Below are positions 1-14,905 of a DNA stretch of 64,000 nucleotides, in pieces. The stretch is taken from assembly GCA_000320545.1 (NCBI GenBank), contig ADNK01001958.1, positions 1 to 64,000 on the forward strand, written 5' to 3'. A program made the position numbers and the translations under genes. Below the pieces are notes generated by a model that was not told the DNA's origin, made no database searches, and saw only the letters and a list, made by a program, of their open reading frames with translations. Positions within the stretch are counted from its first letter, which is position 1, and every line of letters starts with the position of its first letter. Origin of the DNA: Bigelowiella natans CCMP2755. Taxonomy: Eukaryota > Protista > Cercozoa.

Positions 1-101
1 TCTCTCTCTCTCTCTCTCTCTTCATCATTATCAAGGAGAATGTAATGTAAGGTCTACATTGTTGTTCATATGTTTCTGTGATAACACACCAAACGAATAA
101 G

Positions 102-925
102 ATTTGAGGCGATTGTACATGACCTGATGAGAGACGATCCAAATCCTTGGAGATCTGCAAACAAAGGTGCTGCTTCATGCTGTTAAGTCGTGAAATAGGG
201 GGGGGAATGAGAAATTTCAGAAGAGAAAGAAGAAGAAACAAAGAAACGACAACAAACGGACAACAAATATAAATGTTCCATAACACATGGAAATAGCATG
301 GAATGCAGTAGTCTTGCTACTGCTATCCTGATCTCTCCTAATCTCTCACATATTTATTATTATTGCTATTATTAGTATATGTATATACATCAGCATATAC
401 TACCTATTTATACCCTATATCTCCACTCATCCACCATTGTTTTTAAAAACTAGTACCCAATACGATCTGTTTCTTGTGCTGCTACTAACAAGCTGCTGCC
501 TACCAATGATGATGATGATGATGATGATGATGATATATAGGCGATGAGCTCATTGACAACGATCAAGACTTCATCAATTATTTCTTCGGTCAGACTGATA
601 TTCCATTCTCTCTTCTTCTTCTTCTTCTTCATCTGTGTGCTTGATGGAGTAGTTGTTTGGTTCTTGGATAAAAATGGGGAAGATTCTTGACTAAATGAAT
701 ATAGCTGCTACATGCATGTATCAATCCATTCATTCAGCAGTCATTACCACGTTGTCATTCGCCTACTTGCTTCACCAGATGTTAATGTGTGTGTGTGTGT
801 GTGTGTGTTGTGCACTTGTGCTTTTAGGTGACAGAATGTACGTATTATCCCCATACTGGAACATCCTGGTAGTATTTTAGAACAACTGAGATTATAACCT
901 TCGCTCACATCTTTCCTCTTCTTCT

Positions 926-957
<32 letters not shown>

Positions 958-1207
958 CTTTGCTACTGCCGCTGCCTGATGGATGATGGCAAACAATATC
1001 CCTGTGTAGATTTCCATTCATCACGATATTGCAGGAGGTACTTTGTGTTGTTCTTGTTGTTGTTCTTCTTCTTTTCCTAAGGAAACATATAGAGCACGAC
1101 AACAAACAACATTAGCCAATACAATATAAAATAAAATATTGTGTTAAGTAGTCCTACACGATCGAAGATGAAGGGTGGTAGAAACTTGCTTCAACCCAAC
1201 CATCTTG

Positions 1208-1241
<34 letters not shown>

Positions 1242-1945
1242 CGTTGTATCCTTTTGTACGTGAATGTCCTTAACATGCATGAAGCAACCACCAATCGTCA
1301 GAAGGTGGTCCACGATGTCGTTACACTAGTTTATTACCCTTAAATATGTATTTTGTCATTCAAATACTACTATTGCTGCTACTACTGCTACTACTACTTC
1401 TACTACTTCTACCATGATACTAGTGATAGTGTAACTCACAAAGGAATGATAAGAAGAAGCTGTAGTGTGTATAAATTCTACATAGCAGCTTTCTCCTCTT
1501 GTTTTCTTTCCTATCTCCCTCCCTCCTGTTCCATTCTGTGCCTTTGGTTGTGATGTACTGTTTTAGATGGGGTCGCTAGCCCTGTGACAGAGTGGGGAGC
1601 TTTCATCGAAGATAGTGGAAGATTTATCAACTGGCTGCTTAAATTCAAGAGGTCAGCTGCAAAATAAGAATAATAAGAACAATGATTATAATAAAATATA
1701 ACATGCAATGGTAATGGTGGTCACATGTGATTATGATGTCATGGGTGGTGAATGCAAAACATGACTGATGACGATGTTGTTACGAATAAGTTGGATGTGG
1801 TGGTGGTAGCAGCTTTATGTAGTTGTGTAGTTCCTAACATGACCATATACTTACCAGTAAATAATTGTTGTTCTTTCATTGTTATAATTATACAGGAATA
1901 AGCGACTGGTGAAAATGATCCATATGGTTAGTGAATGTCTTGTAC

Positions 1946-1994
<49 letters not shown>

Positions 1995-2221
1995 TGTTGA
2001 CTGTGCTCAATTCATTCCGTTCTTTCAATTATCATTTATCCACAGTGTGAGCAGTTGCGACGTAGTTATAATGATGATAATGATGATGATCTGTATTATT
2101 ATTATTATCATTGTTATCATCATTAGGGAAATCCCAAGCCCAACTGGCCATTGTGGACTAAAGACTGCACGGTACTACTATTACTAGCATTCATTGGACA
2201 ATTGGAGTAGTTTACAAATTA

Positions 2222-2258
<37 letters not shown>

Positions 2259-3237
2259 AGTAATTATTGATGATAAAAATCGATCATCATCCATAGGAGA
2301 ACAGCGACAATGGTAGCGATGACTCATTGAATGGGTGGAAGATTCCCTCCAAATGGCCATGTCCTGATGGCAAGGTGCTGCTGCTGCTACTTCTTTCTTT
2401 CTGATGATGATGATGACAATGGTATCGATGGGAGGAGTGGTGGTGCTGCTTGCTTATGATGGTAGTGGTGATGAAGTTGGGAAATGAAAATATGTTTTCT
2501 TCTCAGTAGACCATCATCATCATCATCAATATCCTTTTATTATTTCTGTTATCATAGACTAGTCGTGCATCGTCGTTGTTGTTGTTGTTGATGATGATGA
2601 TGATGATGCTGTTGCGGCTGTGTCGATCTCCTTAGACTTCAAGACCAGACTGGTGGCGTTGGTATTTCATAGAGTCTGGGTAGTAATTTCCAGCTTTCAC
2701 AGCAGCAAGCAGACCCCTAGATTAGCTATTATTCTCTCTCTCTCTCTCTCTCTATTTTTATATCTTTCTGTTTCATAATACTATCTCAATCCCTAAGATC
2801 ATCATCATCATCACGTTATCATTATCATTATATATATGCATCTATACTACCATTAGTGAACCTGGTTTGGCCATACTCTCCATCCATAAGACATTCTGGG
2901 TTGTTAGTTATCTATGTTACTACAAGTATCATGTTTCTTCTTTCCAAAATAGCCGATCTTCAGCTCAAAAATGGGCACAATAACGCAGATATGTTGTTTA
3001 CACGTATTTCAACATATCACATAATGGAAAAAACTTAGATGAGGAATAAAGGTAAAAGTCTTGGGGCTAATGGTGATGTAATGATAATTCTTTCAATAGA
3101 AACGATACGTTGATGAAGTGGCAACGATGTGTCAAAAGTTCTCAAGTGCGGCTCAGACGACAGCGAAAACCACGTCTTTGACGTCTATAACATCGCGAAT
3201 ATGCAAATATCCTTACATCGTGACAAGTGACATGTGA
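102..3237 (+). CDS. Glycosyltransferase family 8 protein, 3' part (5' end outside the window), about 12 exons
   Basis: GT-AG exons splice in frame: FEAIVHDLMRDD.. / DELIDNDQDFINYFF / DRMYVLSPYWNIL / ..KRLVKMIHM-GNPKPNW.. / ..IHKTFW-KRYVDEV..SDM* (TGA 3235-3237). DQDxxN and HxGxxKP-W are GT8 motifs. Confidence 0.75.
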
Positions 3238-4171
3238 GTAAAAATTCACCTAATTATATGTAGCTTATAGCAGACAGAGCCATATATGAGCATTTCTTCT
3301 TTCACTTTATATTGAGTCATCAAAACTTTATCATAGGAAACATGCAGGCTGGTACGAAACCATTCTTCCTACAAAGTCGATAAAAGTGTGGTCTGAATTG
3401 GTAACGTGATGATTGTGAATCGATGCTTTCGCTTCATGCATTGGAAGTTATCATTAAGTGATTGTACCAAAATAATAACTAGAGGAAATAGTTAAACTCT
3501 GAAGAACAATAACGAAGCCGTGTGTGTTTCGAGTCCCATCAGAACAAGTTGTGTATCACATAAAGATGGCAGAAAACTTATTAGCTTTTATCGTCGCAAT
3601 GCAGTTGTCGATCATGCGCGCACCGTCATCGTACATTACTTCAGTGCGAATTAGTGTATTGTATGTGCGCATCGCATATAGCCACGGCTTTGTTCACAAA
3701 GCGTGACAATGTGCTGACAAGCACGCCGCATTGCTGTGGAAGTGCCCACGACATTCATTGCCAGCACAGCTAGGCGAGCGCCAGCTCTAGACATGCTCAT
3801 TCTACTATAGCTCGTGTATGTACAACAATGAAATACAATACACGCTACGTACGCAGGAGTACAGAACACGAGTGAGTTTGAGATGTATGTACGTGGGGTT
3901 TGCGTCGCGCATGAATCTGCACAACTAGACTAGCGCCAGCGCTATAACATTACACGTTTCTATCAGCGATGCGATTGCTCTTGCATTATGCGTAGTGTTG
4001 TCGTCTTTTGTATATCAGCATGTAGATCATTGATTGAAATATAGCACTGGTTCCAATCATGTGTCAACTACAAGAAGCACGATAATGAGACACCAGGAAT
4101 AATGTCAAGTCCCACGCTCCATATTCTTTGTTTAATCTCTACCGATTAAAAAATTTCCATGTTGAAAGATC

Positions 4172-4717
4172 TCAATTTTTCGTTGGATGGGGGCCTAGCT
4201 CTGCCTCTAGTTCCTCCTCGGCAACCTTCTCCGCCCTGAAAAATAACATAAAGCGTTGGGTATTCGGTTTCATATCATAGAAAGTGTAAGCTTTACCATC
4301 TATAAGGAGACAAGTCTTCTTTGAAGCATAAAAGAATTCCTGCGACAGTGCTTCCGCCAATAACACCGGCCAGGGTAACCTGCTGCTCAAAGGTCATTGC
4401 CGGCTGCTCAGCTTCGTAGAAAGGCTAAAAAAATATATGTGTTAGAACATTTGAATCATTAACTAAATTTGTTTCATACAGTTCCTTTCCATGGCTCAGC
4501 CTTTCTAGCTCTGGCAGTATGTATGTAACGTCTTGGAACAGCAGCAAGCCGTCGTACCCTGCGTAGAACCGCTTGAATTGCTGAATATAGTAATAATGCA
4601 CATATATTTGTTCAATATGACTACAATTGACTCAAATTCAATTTAACACATGGCCACCCCGGTGAGGATAAAATCACGTTCTTCGATATTCGCTAAACAA
4701 TCGCCGGACTTACCCAT
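4172..4717 (-). CDS. Small mitochondrial protein resembling complex I subunit NDUFB11/ESSS, 4 exons
   Basis: Spliced: MAIQAVLRRVRRLAAVPRRYIHTARARK (Arg-rich presequence)..TLAGVIGGSTVAGILLCF (one TM) KEDLSPYRWAEKVAEEEL..KN*. A TM followed by D..WA..A..L resembles the ESSS family. Confidence 0.55.
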
Positions 4718-5152
4718 TGTAATTATGTCTTGTGGGGAGGGGAGCGGTGTATGCGTTCAGATTCAGGACGTTTTTTCCAAAAAGTAGGATGGATCCAAAA
4801 AAGGACTAACATCCCAATAGTTTCATGTCGTATATACTATTCTTGTTAGATCTGTTGCATACTTGGAATACAATATGTGATCATTGTTCAGCAATAATCT
4901 GACTAGCTGGCCTTATTTCGATTTGGGGTAAAATCCAGGCTATTTTGGTCCTTTTTGCTTTGAATTAATGCTTTTTTAACTGAAACTCGGAGCTCAGCTC
5001 AGTCAGCAGAAGGACAGTTGGTTCGATTCGACAGCGATGGAGCCCGATTAATGCACAAACCTCTTCTATCCCGTGATTGTCCAAGAGCAAGTAAATATTA
5101 CTTACTTTGACTCAGTTCCTTCCTTCTACAAAGTAGTGGCTTCGAAGTAGAA

Positions 5153-5769
5153 ATGGATCCAAATGATGGAGACAATGCAGTTGCAACAGCATCGCAAGCG
5201 AAGGTCTTCTCAAGTATCGACTGCCTGTGCTCTGTTTCATTGTCTCATCGTATATTTCATATCTAATAAACAGCTCCAGTTCGATCTTGTATGGCTTGCT
5301 TCGAACCCCCTCACATATGTGGAGCGAAAAGGCCCAAATTCTTATGTAACGCAACTTGTTGAGCTTGAAATACATGTGTCTAAGTACGTTTTCCGTCATC
5401 TCGATTTATGATGTTAGGTACATTCCGTTCATCCTTTGGATCTGATCACAGAACAAAGGGCTCTGGCAAAGGTATCATTTTTCATCCGGCATTCCTCTTG
5501 GTTGATCTTTCGAGTATTGGATAAGTTTAATACTGTTCAGACTTTAACGGAGAGTGGGATGAAGCTCAGGTTCAAGAGGGACTACGCTACTATCGAACGA
5601 CTCAGCACAAACGTAGTTATTTAATGCACGGATAAGAGTTCGCTTTTGACTAAAATGTTGATTGGTTGACTCCTATAAAATCTGAAGGTTATATTGGGGT
5701 GCCGTGTGCTTCATTATACTGGGCATGGAATACCTTCAGGATTGGGTTTTGAGGTGGTCTTATCATCAT

Positions 5770-5803
<34 letters not shown>

Positions 5804-6093
5804 TGCACCAGCACCATCATCAATCTTGTACATTCGAACAAATGCTACAATTGTGTTTTAAAAACAGACGGATAGCGGTCATATGCATCTTGTAAGGACA
5901 GAAACTCTCAGGGCGTTAATTGAGACTGGCGTCAAAGGTGAACAGTTTGGATTGTGTGTGGAGTTGTAATCAACACTGTTGTTTGCTGTCAGAATGGAGG
6001 TGTAGAGCTGGTTTTCGTCGCTGCTTGTCACTCAGAACCAGCGGGAATGGCATTCGTTAAAGCCAAGGTTTATTTTTCTTATTCTTCTTCTCC

Positions 6094-6134
<41 letters not shown>

Positions 6135-6292
6135 GGGTACATTAGCGTTGCAACGAATGGATGGACTATTAGCAGCTGTCAACAGCTGAGTCATGATGAC
6201 AACTTGTATATGGGAAAAAGAGAAAAGGAAAGTAGTAATGGTGATGTTCTGAGGGATAGAGAAGTTATGGTATATGACTTATTAATCGTATC

Positions 6293-6324
<32 letters not shown>

Positions 6325-7506
6325 CTGCTGCCTATAAATTAGGTCAAGCACGTCATTGCAGTGCGCGTCCGTGAACGTGTTCAAGATGAGGGGGCAAGAC
6401 ATTTTCAGAATCAATTTTATTTGGGACTTGTAAGGGGCCGCACAGTCAAGGTATCAATAGTAATCTAGTCAATCATGATAACAGTAATAATGACAAAAAT
6501 AATAATAAGAAGAAGAAGAATTTTAGTGATAAGAGACAAGAAGAAGAAAAATTTCAGTGATACTAGACAACCCATTCTGATTACTTGCTTATATAGTGCT
6601 GGTTTGCGGTCAGATGATGATGATGATGATGATGATTTACGTGCCATTTATGATGCAATGATCATACTTTCATCTATAGGACGCTTTCGATTTTGCACAG
6701 AAGAGCCTACAGGTAAAGATGGACAATGATTGTCCTTTTGAAGAAGCATCGTATTAGTCTCCATGTGATTTTTTGTTGGATATTCTCTCTCTCTCTCTCT
6801 CTCCCCCCCCCACCCCCCTCTCCTAGAAAGTCGTTCCGTTAAGGTGTTATCTGATGGTATCTATTATTACTACTCTCTTTTTGACTTGTTATCTGGGTGT
6901 TGGTTGGTGGTGATGCCGTGATGTTTATCAGTCAATACCAGGATTGCTTCACGCCAAGGATGAAGCCAAGAAGTATCTTCTGTTGCCGGAGACTGCGGAT
7001 CATAACGTGAGAATATTTCCAGATCTTAGTCGAGGAGAAGTGGAAGATCATACCAAGGCTCTGTCAAGAACTAACCTTCCGACCTCTGTGCCACAATTTA
7101 TGGGTCGCAATCCGCAAGTGCAGAACATCGTTCAGAAGTTCCTCTCTAAGAAGTACGTGAAAAGAACACACACACACACACACACACACAATCAGAGAGA
7201 GCGAGAGAGAGATCATCATTATCATCATCATCATCATCATATAGAAGTCGTCTTGTTACCTTGGTGGGGGAAAGAAATGTCGGGAAAACGGCTATATCGA
7301 TCGACGCTGCTAGATATATGCACGATCGAGGACATTTTAAGAATGGCGTGTTTTGGATGAGATTTGAAGAATTCAAAGCATATTCTTCGGAGCAGGTATG
7401 TGTGTGTGTATGTATGTGTGTGTGTGTGTGCCATCATCATCATCATCATCACCATCATCATCATTACCAGCAAATAGAGGAAGGAGTAGGTACTAGTTGT
7501 AGTAGT

Positions 7507-7544
<38 letters not shown>

Positions 7545-8541
7545 TGTGCTAAGAGGTGGTCCTGAAAATAAGTCCTCTCTTCCTTCCTCCCTTCCTTCTT
7601 CGTTATCTTATAATTGTTGTTTCTATGAATTCGCAGACAATTGTAGAGCATATTGCGGCAACGATGGATTTGATTGAAGACACTTCTTCATCGCAAAAAC
7701 CAATAGTACGGCTACTAACTAAATCATGAACTTCATCACCACCTCCTCCTCCTTCTCCTCCTCCCTATCCCTTCTTTTTGCTACACTCATATATAATCTC
7801 TCTCCAAAATCTTGTTTCTGTTTTTGGAGGGGGGGGGGGGAGGTCTCTACTGCTGCTCTATTTTGTTGTCTACTACTCTTTGATCATCATCCTTCTCCTT
7901 CACTACAACGACTACTAATCACGAGCATCACCCACCCCCACCACTACCACCCACCTCACAGTCCAAGCAGGAACTGCTGCATTTGCTTCGGAGTAGGGAT
8001 GTTCTTATGGTTTTGGATGGGTTAGATCCTCTCCTCAGCCCTGCAACCACAACAACAATACATGGTAGTATAGGTGGTGATGCCCCTCCAAGCATCATGC
8101 CATCTTACTCCTCACCCCAGACTACTGCAAAGAAGACAATGATGATGAGCAGCAGTGCAGGTGGCGGTGGTGGTACATTCACCGATGATATTCCTCCTGA
8201 TTTCTTTAAGAGCAAATCTGTTGCCTCATCTACTACTACTACCTCTCATCATTATCATCACCAAAGACATGATGGAAAAGGAGGGAGAGGAGGAGGATTA
8301 AGGAGGAGGAACACTATAAGCTCTCCTTCAGCATATTCCATTCGTAGCGCTGCTGTTTCTTCAATATCTGCTGCTGCTACTACTGCAACCTCAAAGAGAA
8401 ACATAGCCATTGTGTGTACTACTACTACTACTACTACTACTACTACCTGTATGGACTTCAATCCATTCACTTCCAACGATAGAAGAACCCATTCGTCACT
8501 GTGTTAAATATATGATGCATGGCTCGAGAAAGATGATGATA

Positions 8542-8574
<33 letters not shown>

Positions 8575-8995
8575 GGGCTGTTAATGCTACTGCTAGCAAA
8601 GAATCATTAACGACGAGTGTTGATTCGATTGTTTGATTATTGTAGCTGCATTCATCTTGAGCAAGGACTGAGTAGTATTGATAGTAGTAGTAGTAGTAGT
8701 TGTTGTTGTTCTTGTTGTTGAATTATCTTCTTCTTGGTCAACATCGTTTCAGGTAATTACGGATATATTGCGTCATTGCCCAAACGTATCGATCTTATGC
8801 ACGTGCTGCAATGGCGTTGGTGTTACGCGAGAGGTAGTCGAAGAGGAAGTGCTAGTCTTACCGTTCAAAAGCAATAGGATCGTTGCATCTCTTTTTCTCA
8901 ATCTTCTTGGAAGTGCTATCAAGCCAAAGCAGGTTACAGTACTCAATACAGCACTGCGAACACACACAAACACAAAGCTTGAAATCTGCATCAAG

Positions 8996-9038
<43 letters not shown>

Positions 9039-9416
9039 GTCGGTCTTGACCCCAGAAAAACACATAGTGCGGAGCACATGCACGCTGCACTAAGCAACCA
9101 TTTCCTCATTACCAAGATTATCAGAGGTAGTATTGAAATGGGTGTATAGCATGATGGATGGTGCTACCACGTGCTGAACACATGCAACTGTATACCTTTT
9201 TTTTTCTTTGTCATACTATGCGAATTCGTATTATTATTATTAATACTAATAATAATGATAATCAGTAATAACACACCCGTACCTCCTCCTCCTCCTCTTT
9301 CACAGGAAGTCCTGGACGCTGTTGGGATGCACACGTGCTTTTCAAGAAAACCAAAGGAGATCTTATCAAGGTGCATAGCTCATCGATCGATCGATGATGA
9401 TTCATATTGTTTACAA

Positions 9417-9466
<50 letters not shown>

Positions 9467-9519
9467 GTATGCGACATATACTGTGAGGGTTCATGATCTA
9501 TATTAGCTCTTGATTTATG

Positions 9520-9583
<64 letters not shown>

Positions 9584-10203
9584 TAGTGTGTACATATTGA
9601 TTGTTAATATGATATTCTTGCTGTTATCTCCATTATTATTATTATTATCATTACTATATATTATAAAATGTTATTTCTGTTTTCAGGTGATCGAATTAAT
9701 GCGACATCACCTACTGCCCACTGAGCAACCAAAGCCATTAATATCATTAACATCATCATCATCATCATCATCACCCGGAGGTGATGGAGGCGTCAAATCT
9801 GGAGTTGTTCTTCTTTCCCCAACACCTCCTCCTCCTCCTCCTCCTCCTCCTCTTCATTCCTCTCCCTCTTCTTCTTCAAATCTAACGGATACTAGCTATC
9901 TGCCGGTATGATCGATCGATGAATCAATAAATGCGTCCATAAATCAATCAATAGAAGGGAGAGAGAGAGAGAGAGAGAGACGGAGAGAGAGACTTTGATG
10001 TCATCATATTTTCATCATCATGCAAGCAAGAAGAGGAGATAGACCATAGAACGAGGAGATGTCATCATCGACGAGAAGAGTATAAGTAATCAACGATCAT
10101 GGAGATGATGATGATGATGATGACTGCTGCTGCTACTATGCTTACTACTTGAAGGTTAATAGCAAGGATTTAAGAAGCAGGCAATACGAGAAATCAAGGT
10201 TGC

Positions 10204-10239
<36 letters not shown>

Positions 10240-10367
10240 TGCATTATCTTCTCTGTTGTTGTTGTTGTTATATATATCGTTGTGTATGTCGTAGCGATCA
10301 TGATGATGAGGATGATTGTACCGCTCTCCCTTTCTCTCCTCCGCATTCTCTCAAAGAAATGCTCTTT

Positions 10368-10398
<31 letters not shown>

Positions 10399-10583
10399 CG
10401 ATGACGATGGTGATGATGATGATGATTCATACTCATATATCGACTGATACTACTGTATAATATACGTCTGGTAGCAAACTGCAGGACAAGAAAACAGAGA
10501 CCTTTTGGAAAGTTTTCGGGGTAGGATACATAAGAGAAGACCGACTAACACTCGTCATATCAACAAGATCATCAATGATGATA

Positions 10584-10616
<33 letters not shown>

Positions 10617-10796
10617 ATAAGTAACGATACTTATGATTCTCTCTTTTCCTTTTATTTTCCAAATATATAATGTCCATCATCTTCTCATATGATCGATCGA
10701 TGGTTGGATGAATGGATGACTAACGAGCAGCCTGGGAGAGTCGAGATATCACTGCAGCAATTTAAGGATAGGTAGAAGCAGCATTACTAGTGTAGT

Positions 10797-10831
<35 letters not shown>

Positions 10832-11336
10832 TATCACCATCACCACCATCACCATCATCAATCACCACCAGGCTTCTCAAATGGTTTTGTACTGACACAA
10901 GAACACGGAGAAGTCTAAGTAAAGGTAGATGCTGCTGTTACTGCTATCTTGACGGCTGCTGCTGTTAAAAAGATGGTAGAAGATGGTAGAAGAATGACGA
11001 CAGAAAAGAAGTGTATGAGGAGACTAATTCTTACTATCTATCGCTATCATAGTGGTTATTTCCAGCCCAAGATCTCTTCCTCCTCCTCCTCCTCCTCCTC
11101 CTCCTCCTCCTCCTCCTCACCACCACCACCACCACCATCCAGATGATGTGGATGCGCTATGTTTGACATGCTCCCAACTGATAAACAGATGATGTGGATA
11201 AGATATGTTTGACCTGCCCCCAACTGATAAAGTGCACAAGGAGGTAGCTATCACTACTACGTGCTGCACTATATTATGTTCCGAATATTATAAGAAGTGT
11301 GTGTATACATACATACATGTTTATAATATATGTATG

Positions 11337-11377
<41 letters not shown>

Positions 11378-11524
11378 ACTCATATATGTATATTATATCA
11401 GTGTCATGATAAATAAAAAGAAAAAAGAAGCTTTACTTATGAACCTACCTACCTACCTCCCTCCTAGCACTTGTTCTTCATCATTTTCAAGTGATGATTG
11501 ATCATCATACATTCTTCCACAACG

Positions 11525-11559
<35 letters not shown>

Positions 11560-13025
11560 ACCCTACACCACAATACCTCGAAATTCAAGTGGTAATAATC
11601 CATTATTAAATAGTGAGTAGTTTAATCTTGTTCCTCTTCCTTTATTTCTCCTTGATATTATTACTTACTACTCCTAAAAGCGGACGTGTGTCGAAGGATG
11701 ACTTCCACAAATGGTACTTCGCTTGGTACAAACGATTCAGAAAGCCATTTCACCAGATTAGGTTCTTTAAAGAATAGTTCCAGTAGTAGTAGTAGGAGGA
11801 GGAGGAGGAGGAGGAGGAGTAATAGCGAAGATGATATTGCTGCTGCTGCTGCTGCTGCTGTTATTGTTGGTGGTGATGATACAATGATAGTAAGGATGGT
11901 AGTGATTATATTAATTGCTACTCGAACGATGTAGAGAAGGCTATTCATGCTAGTAGAAGAGGCAATGCATGCTAGCTGCTGCTATCTGCTATTACTGATG
12001 ATAACATGATAACGTGATTATGCCCTGCTACTATACATATCATTCTGAACAAAAGGCACTATTGGAACTCGTGGCTAATTCTTGGTGTTTCCACAACGCG
12101 GGACAAAGTATACTATTAGTACAAGTAGTGGTGGTAGTAGTAGTTGTAGTAGTAGTAGTAAAAGCGGTACACACAATACACTCACATACGCAATAACTAC
12201 TACTCCTACAACTACTACTACTACTGCAGGTATCTTCAGTGCTCAGTGGATCTCGTGAAGGAAGTTTTGTGATACGAACAAGCATAAATCATCCTGGTTG
12301 CCTTGCACTGGGGTGGGTAGTAGTTAGTTGTTACTCATTGATGATTGATTGGTTGGTTGATTGATGGAGTCGATGATAATAATAATAATAAGAAGAAGAA
12401 GAAGAAGAACAACAACAACAACAACCATTATGCCCGATGATGGTGATGTTAGTGGACAACCACCTTTAGATTTACATAGATTTACATGGTTGCAATAGTC
12501 CTCCTCTCTTTGTTCGCTTTCTCCTCCTCCTCCTGCTCCTCCTTTTGGAAACGACTTATGCATTCCTTCATTAGTTATTATGATTTCGATGATGATTATG
12601 ATAGTGGTTATCTTTGTTCTTTCTTCTTCTTCATCTTCTTCTACCTATCTAGGTATGTTGACAGCGACAGAAGTATTGTTCACGTTAAGATAGATTATTA
12701 CAATGCCGCCCCTGGCGACGATGAGGAGGAGGATTTTGAAGAAGAAGAAGAAGAAGGAGGAAGAGGGTGATAACAAAAACTACCTTAAAAAAAATAACAA
12801 TATCAGTGAATAAATAATGATGATAGATTATCATATCTTGCATTCAGTCTTAACTATATTGATTCGTGTTGTGTATGGTGCGAAAACAGGACATTTCGCA
12901 CATTCGTCGGGCACAGAGGGGGGCATGAGGCGTTCAATAGTTTGTCGCAGTTGGTGTTAGATTTCAGGAAGGTTAGTCAATCGCTTGTCGCATTTGGCCT
13001 TTTAGATTTTAGAATGGATAGTCGC

Positions 13026-13059
<34 letters not shown>

Positions 13060-13101
13060 ATAGTAGTAGTAGTCGATGCTGTTAACATCCCTGATTGTCT
13101 G

Positions 13102-13135
<34 letters not shown>

Positions 13136-13434
13136 GTATAAGCAGCTTTGGTTTGTTGTGATTAATCTCCACATCAAGGTTCAGGAATATGGTACGGCCA
13201 TATATTATAATAACTATTACAATAATACACATTTTCTAGGCAACATCACTGCATATGGGTTCGAAGGAAGAAATGCTACTCCGGTTGTCACAAGTTGCTG
13301 CTGCTGCTGCTGCTGCTGCAGAGTGTGACGGCGGTTTGAATAATGATAGCAAGAAAAACAAGGATATCGAGCAACGTGAACCAGAGATAAATGGGGGGTA
13401 CATATCTATGGCGAAAGATGACTTCAAACACGAG

Positions 13435-13465
<31 letters not shown>

Positions 13466-13675
13466 AGCCTGAGGATAGTAGTAATCGTGGCGGTAGGGAG
13501 GAAGAAGAGAATAATGCAGTAGCACGAGCAGGAGGGGGCCATGATGGAAGCAGCCTTCTTCCTCCTCGTAAACATCATCATCCTCACACCGCTGGGGAGA
13601 GTAGCGCCATCGATTCAGCCGTAGCTGTTGATAATGACCGTCACCACCACCAGCAGCAGCAGCACCAGTATAAAC

Positions 13676-13711
<36 letters not shown>

Positions 13712-14698
13712 AGCGCCGACTTGCCCCCTCCTCCTCCTCCTCCTCCTCCTCCTCCTCCTCCTCCTCGTTTTCTGTGGAAACAGCTCCCAAGTTTTGGCAA
13801 TGGGTACTAATGAGGAGATATGATGATGATGATGCTGATGATGATGATGATGATGACCCACCTTAACTGTGATTATAACCAACGAACAACCATATGTTCT
13901 GCTCTTTCTATCGTCATTATATATTGATAATCGTCATCACCATCATCATCATCATTTACCATTTATTCACCATCATCGTGATCGATCGTTGCCATCCTCA
14001 GAGTAGTAGGTGACTGAGCACCCTCCTCCTCCTCCTCCTCCTCCTCCTCCCTCTCTTTCCTCATATTATTACTACCACTACTACTACTAATACTACTACG
14101 TCAAAAGCCGGGGCAGAGTAGTGTTAGGGGAACGGAGTGGAAGGTGGCTTTAAAGAAGGCGTTCTTACGTCACACCCGTGCTAAAAGACCTCTCAGTGAA
14201 CAAGCACTGAATCTGATGTTTGGCATGATATCCGCCACATCGAGCGGCTTGGTAGTAGAGTAGTAGTAGTAGTAGTAGTAGTAGTAGCGGTAGCAGTAGT
14301 TGTTGTAGTAGTAGGAGTAATAGTTATAGTGGTATTAGTTGTAGAAAATGAAGAGGCTATTTTATTGATGTGTGTTGTATTCCGAATAATCTGAAGCAAG
14401 TTACGTGATGATGATTGATGATCAACCAACGAATCAATTGATCAACCAATCAATGAATTAATCAATAGGTTTTTAGAAATCACTTTGAAAAATGGTATAA
14501 GTGCTGGTATGAGCCGTTCTGTTCCACAGTGTGTAGAATTAGGTATATCTGCGTATCAATATGATGATGAAACTTGCTCATGCTACCCATCATACATACT
14601 GCAGAAGAAGAGAAGGACAAGATGTTGCTGATGAGTCACAAGTGGTGGCCAGCACTTCGACTTCTTTCTTTTTACCAACACCACCACCACAACTGCTC

Positions 14699-14738
<40 letters not shown>

Positions 14739-14858
14739 CTGCTATTATCATGATCACAATCTGTTGTCGTCTACCAGACACCTTTGGGATAGCTTTGTGA
14801 TTCTTGGAGTAACACATTCAAGAGAGAGCGTTCGGAACATACTCCAGTATGAACAAAG

Positions 14859-14905
<47 letters not shown>

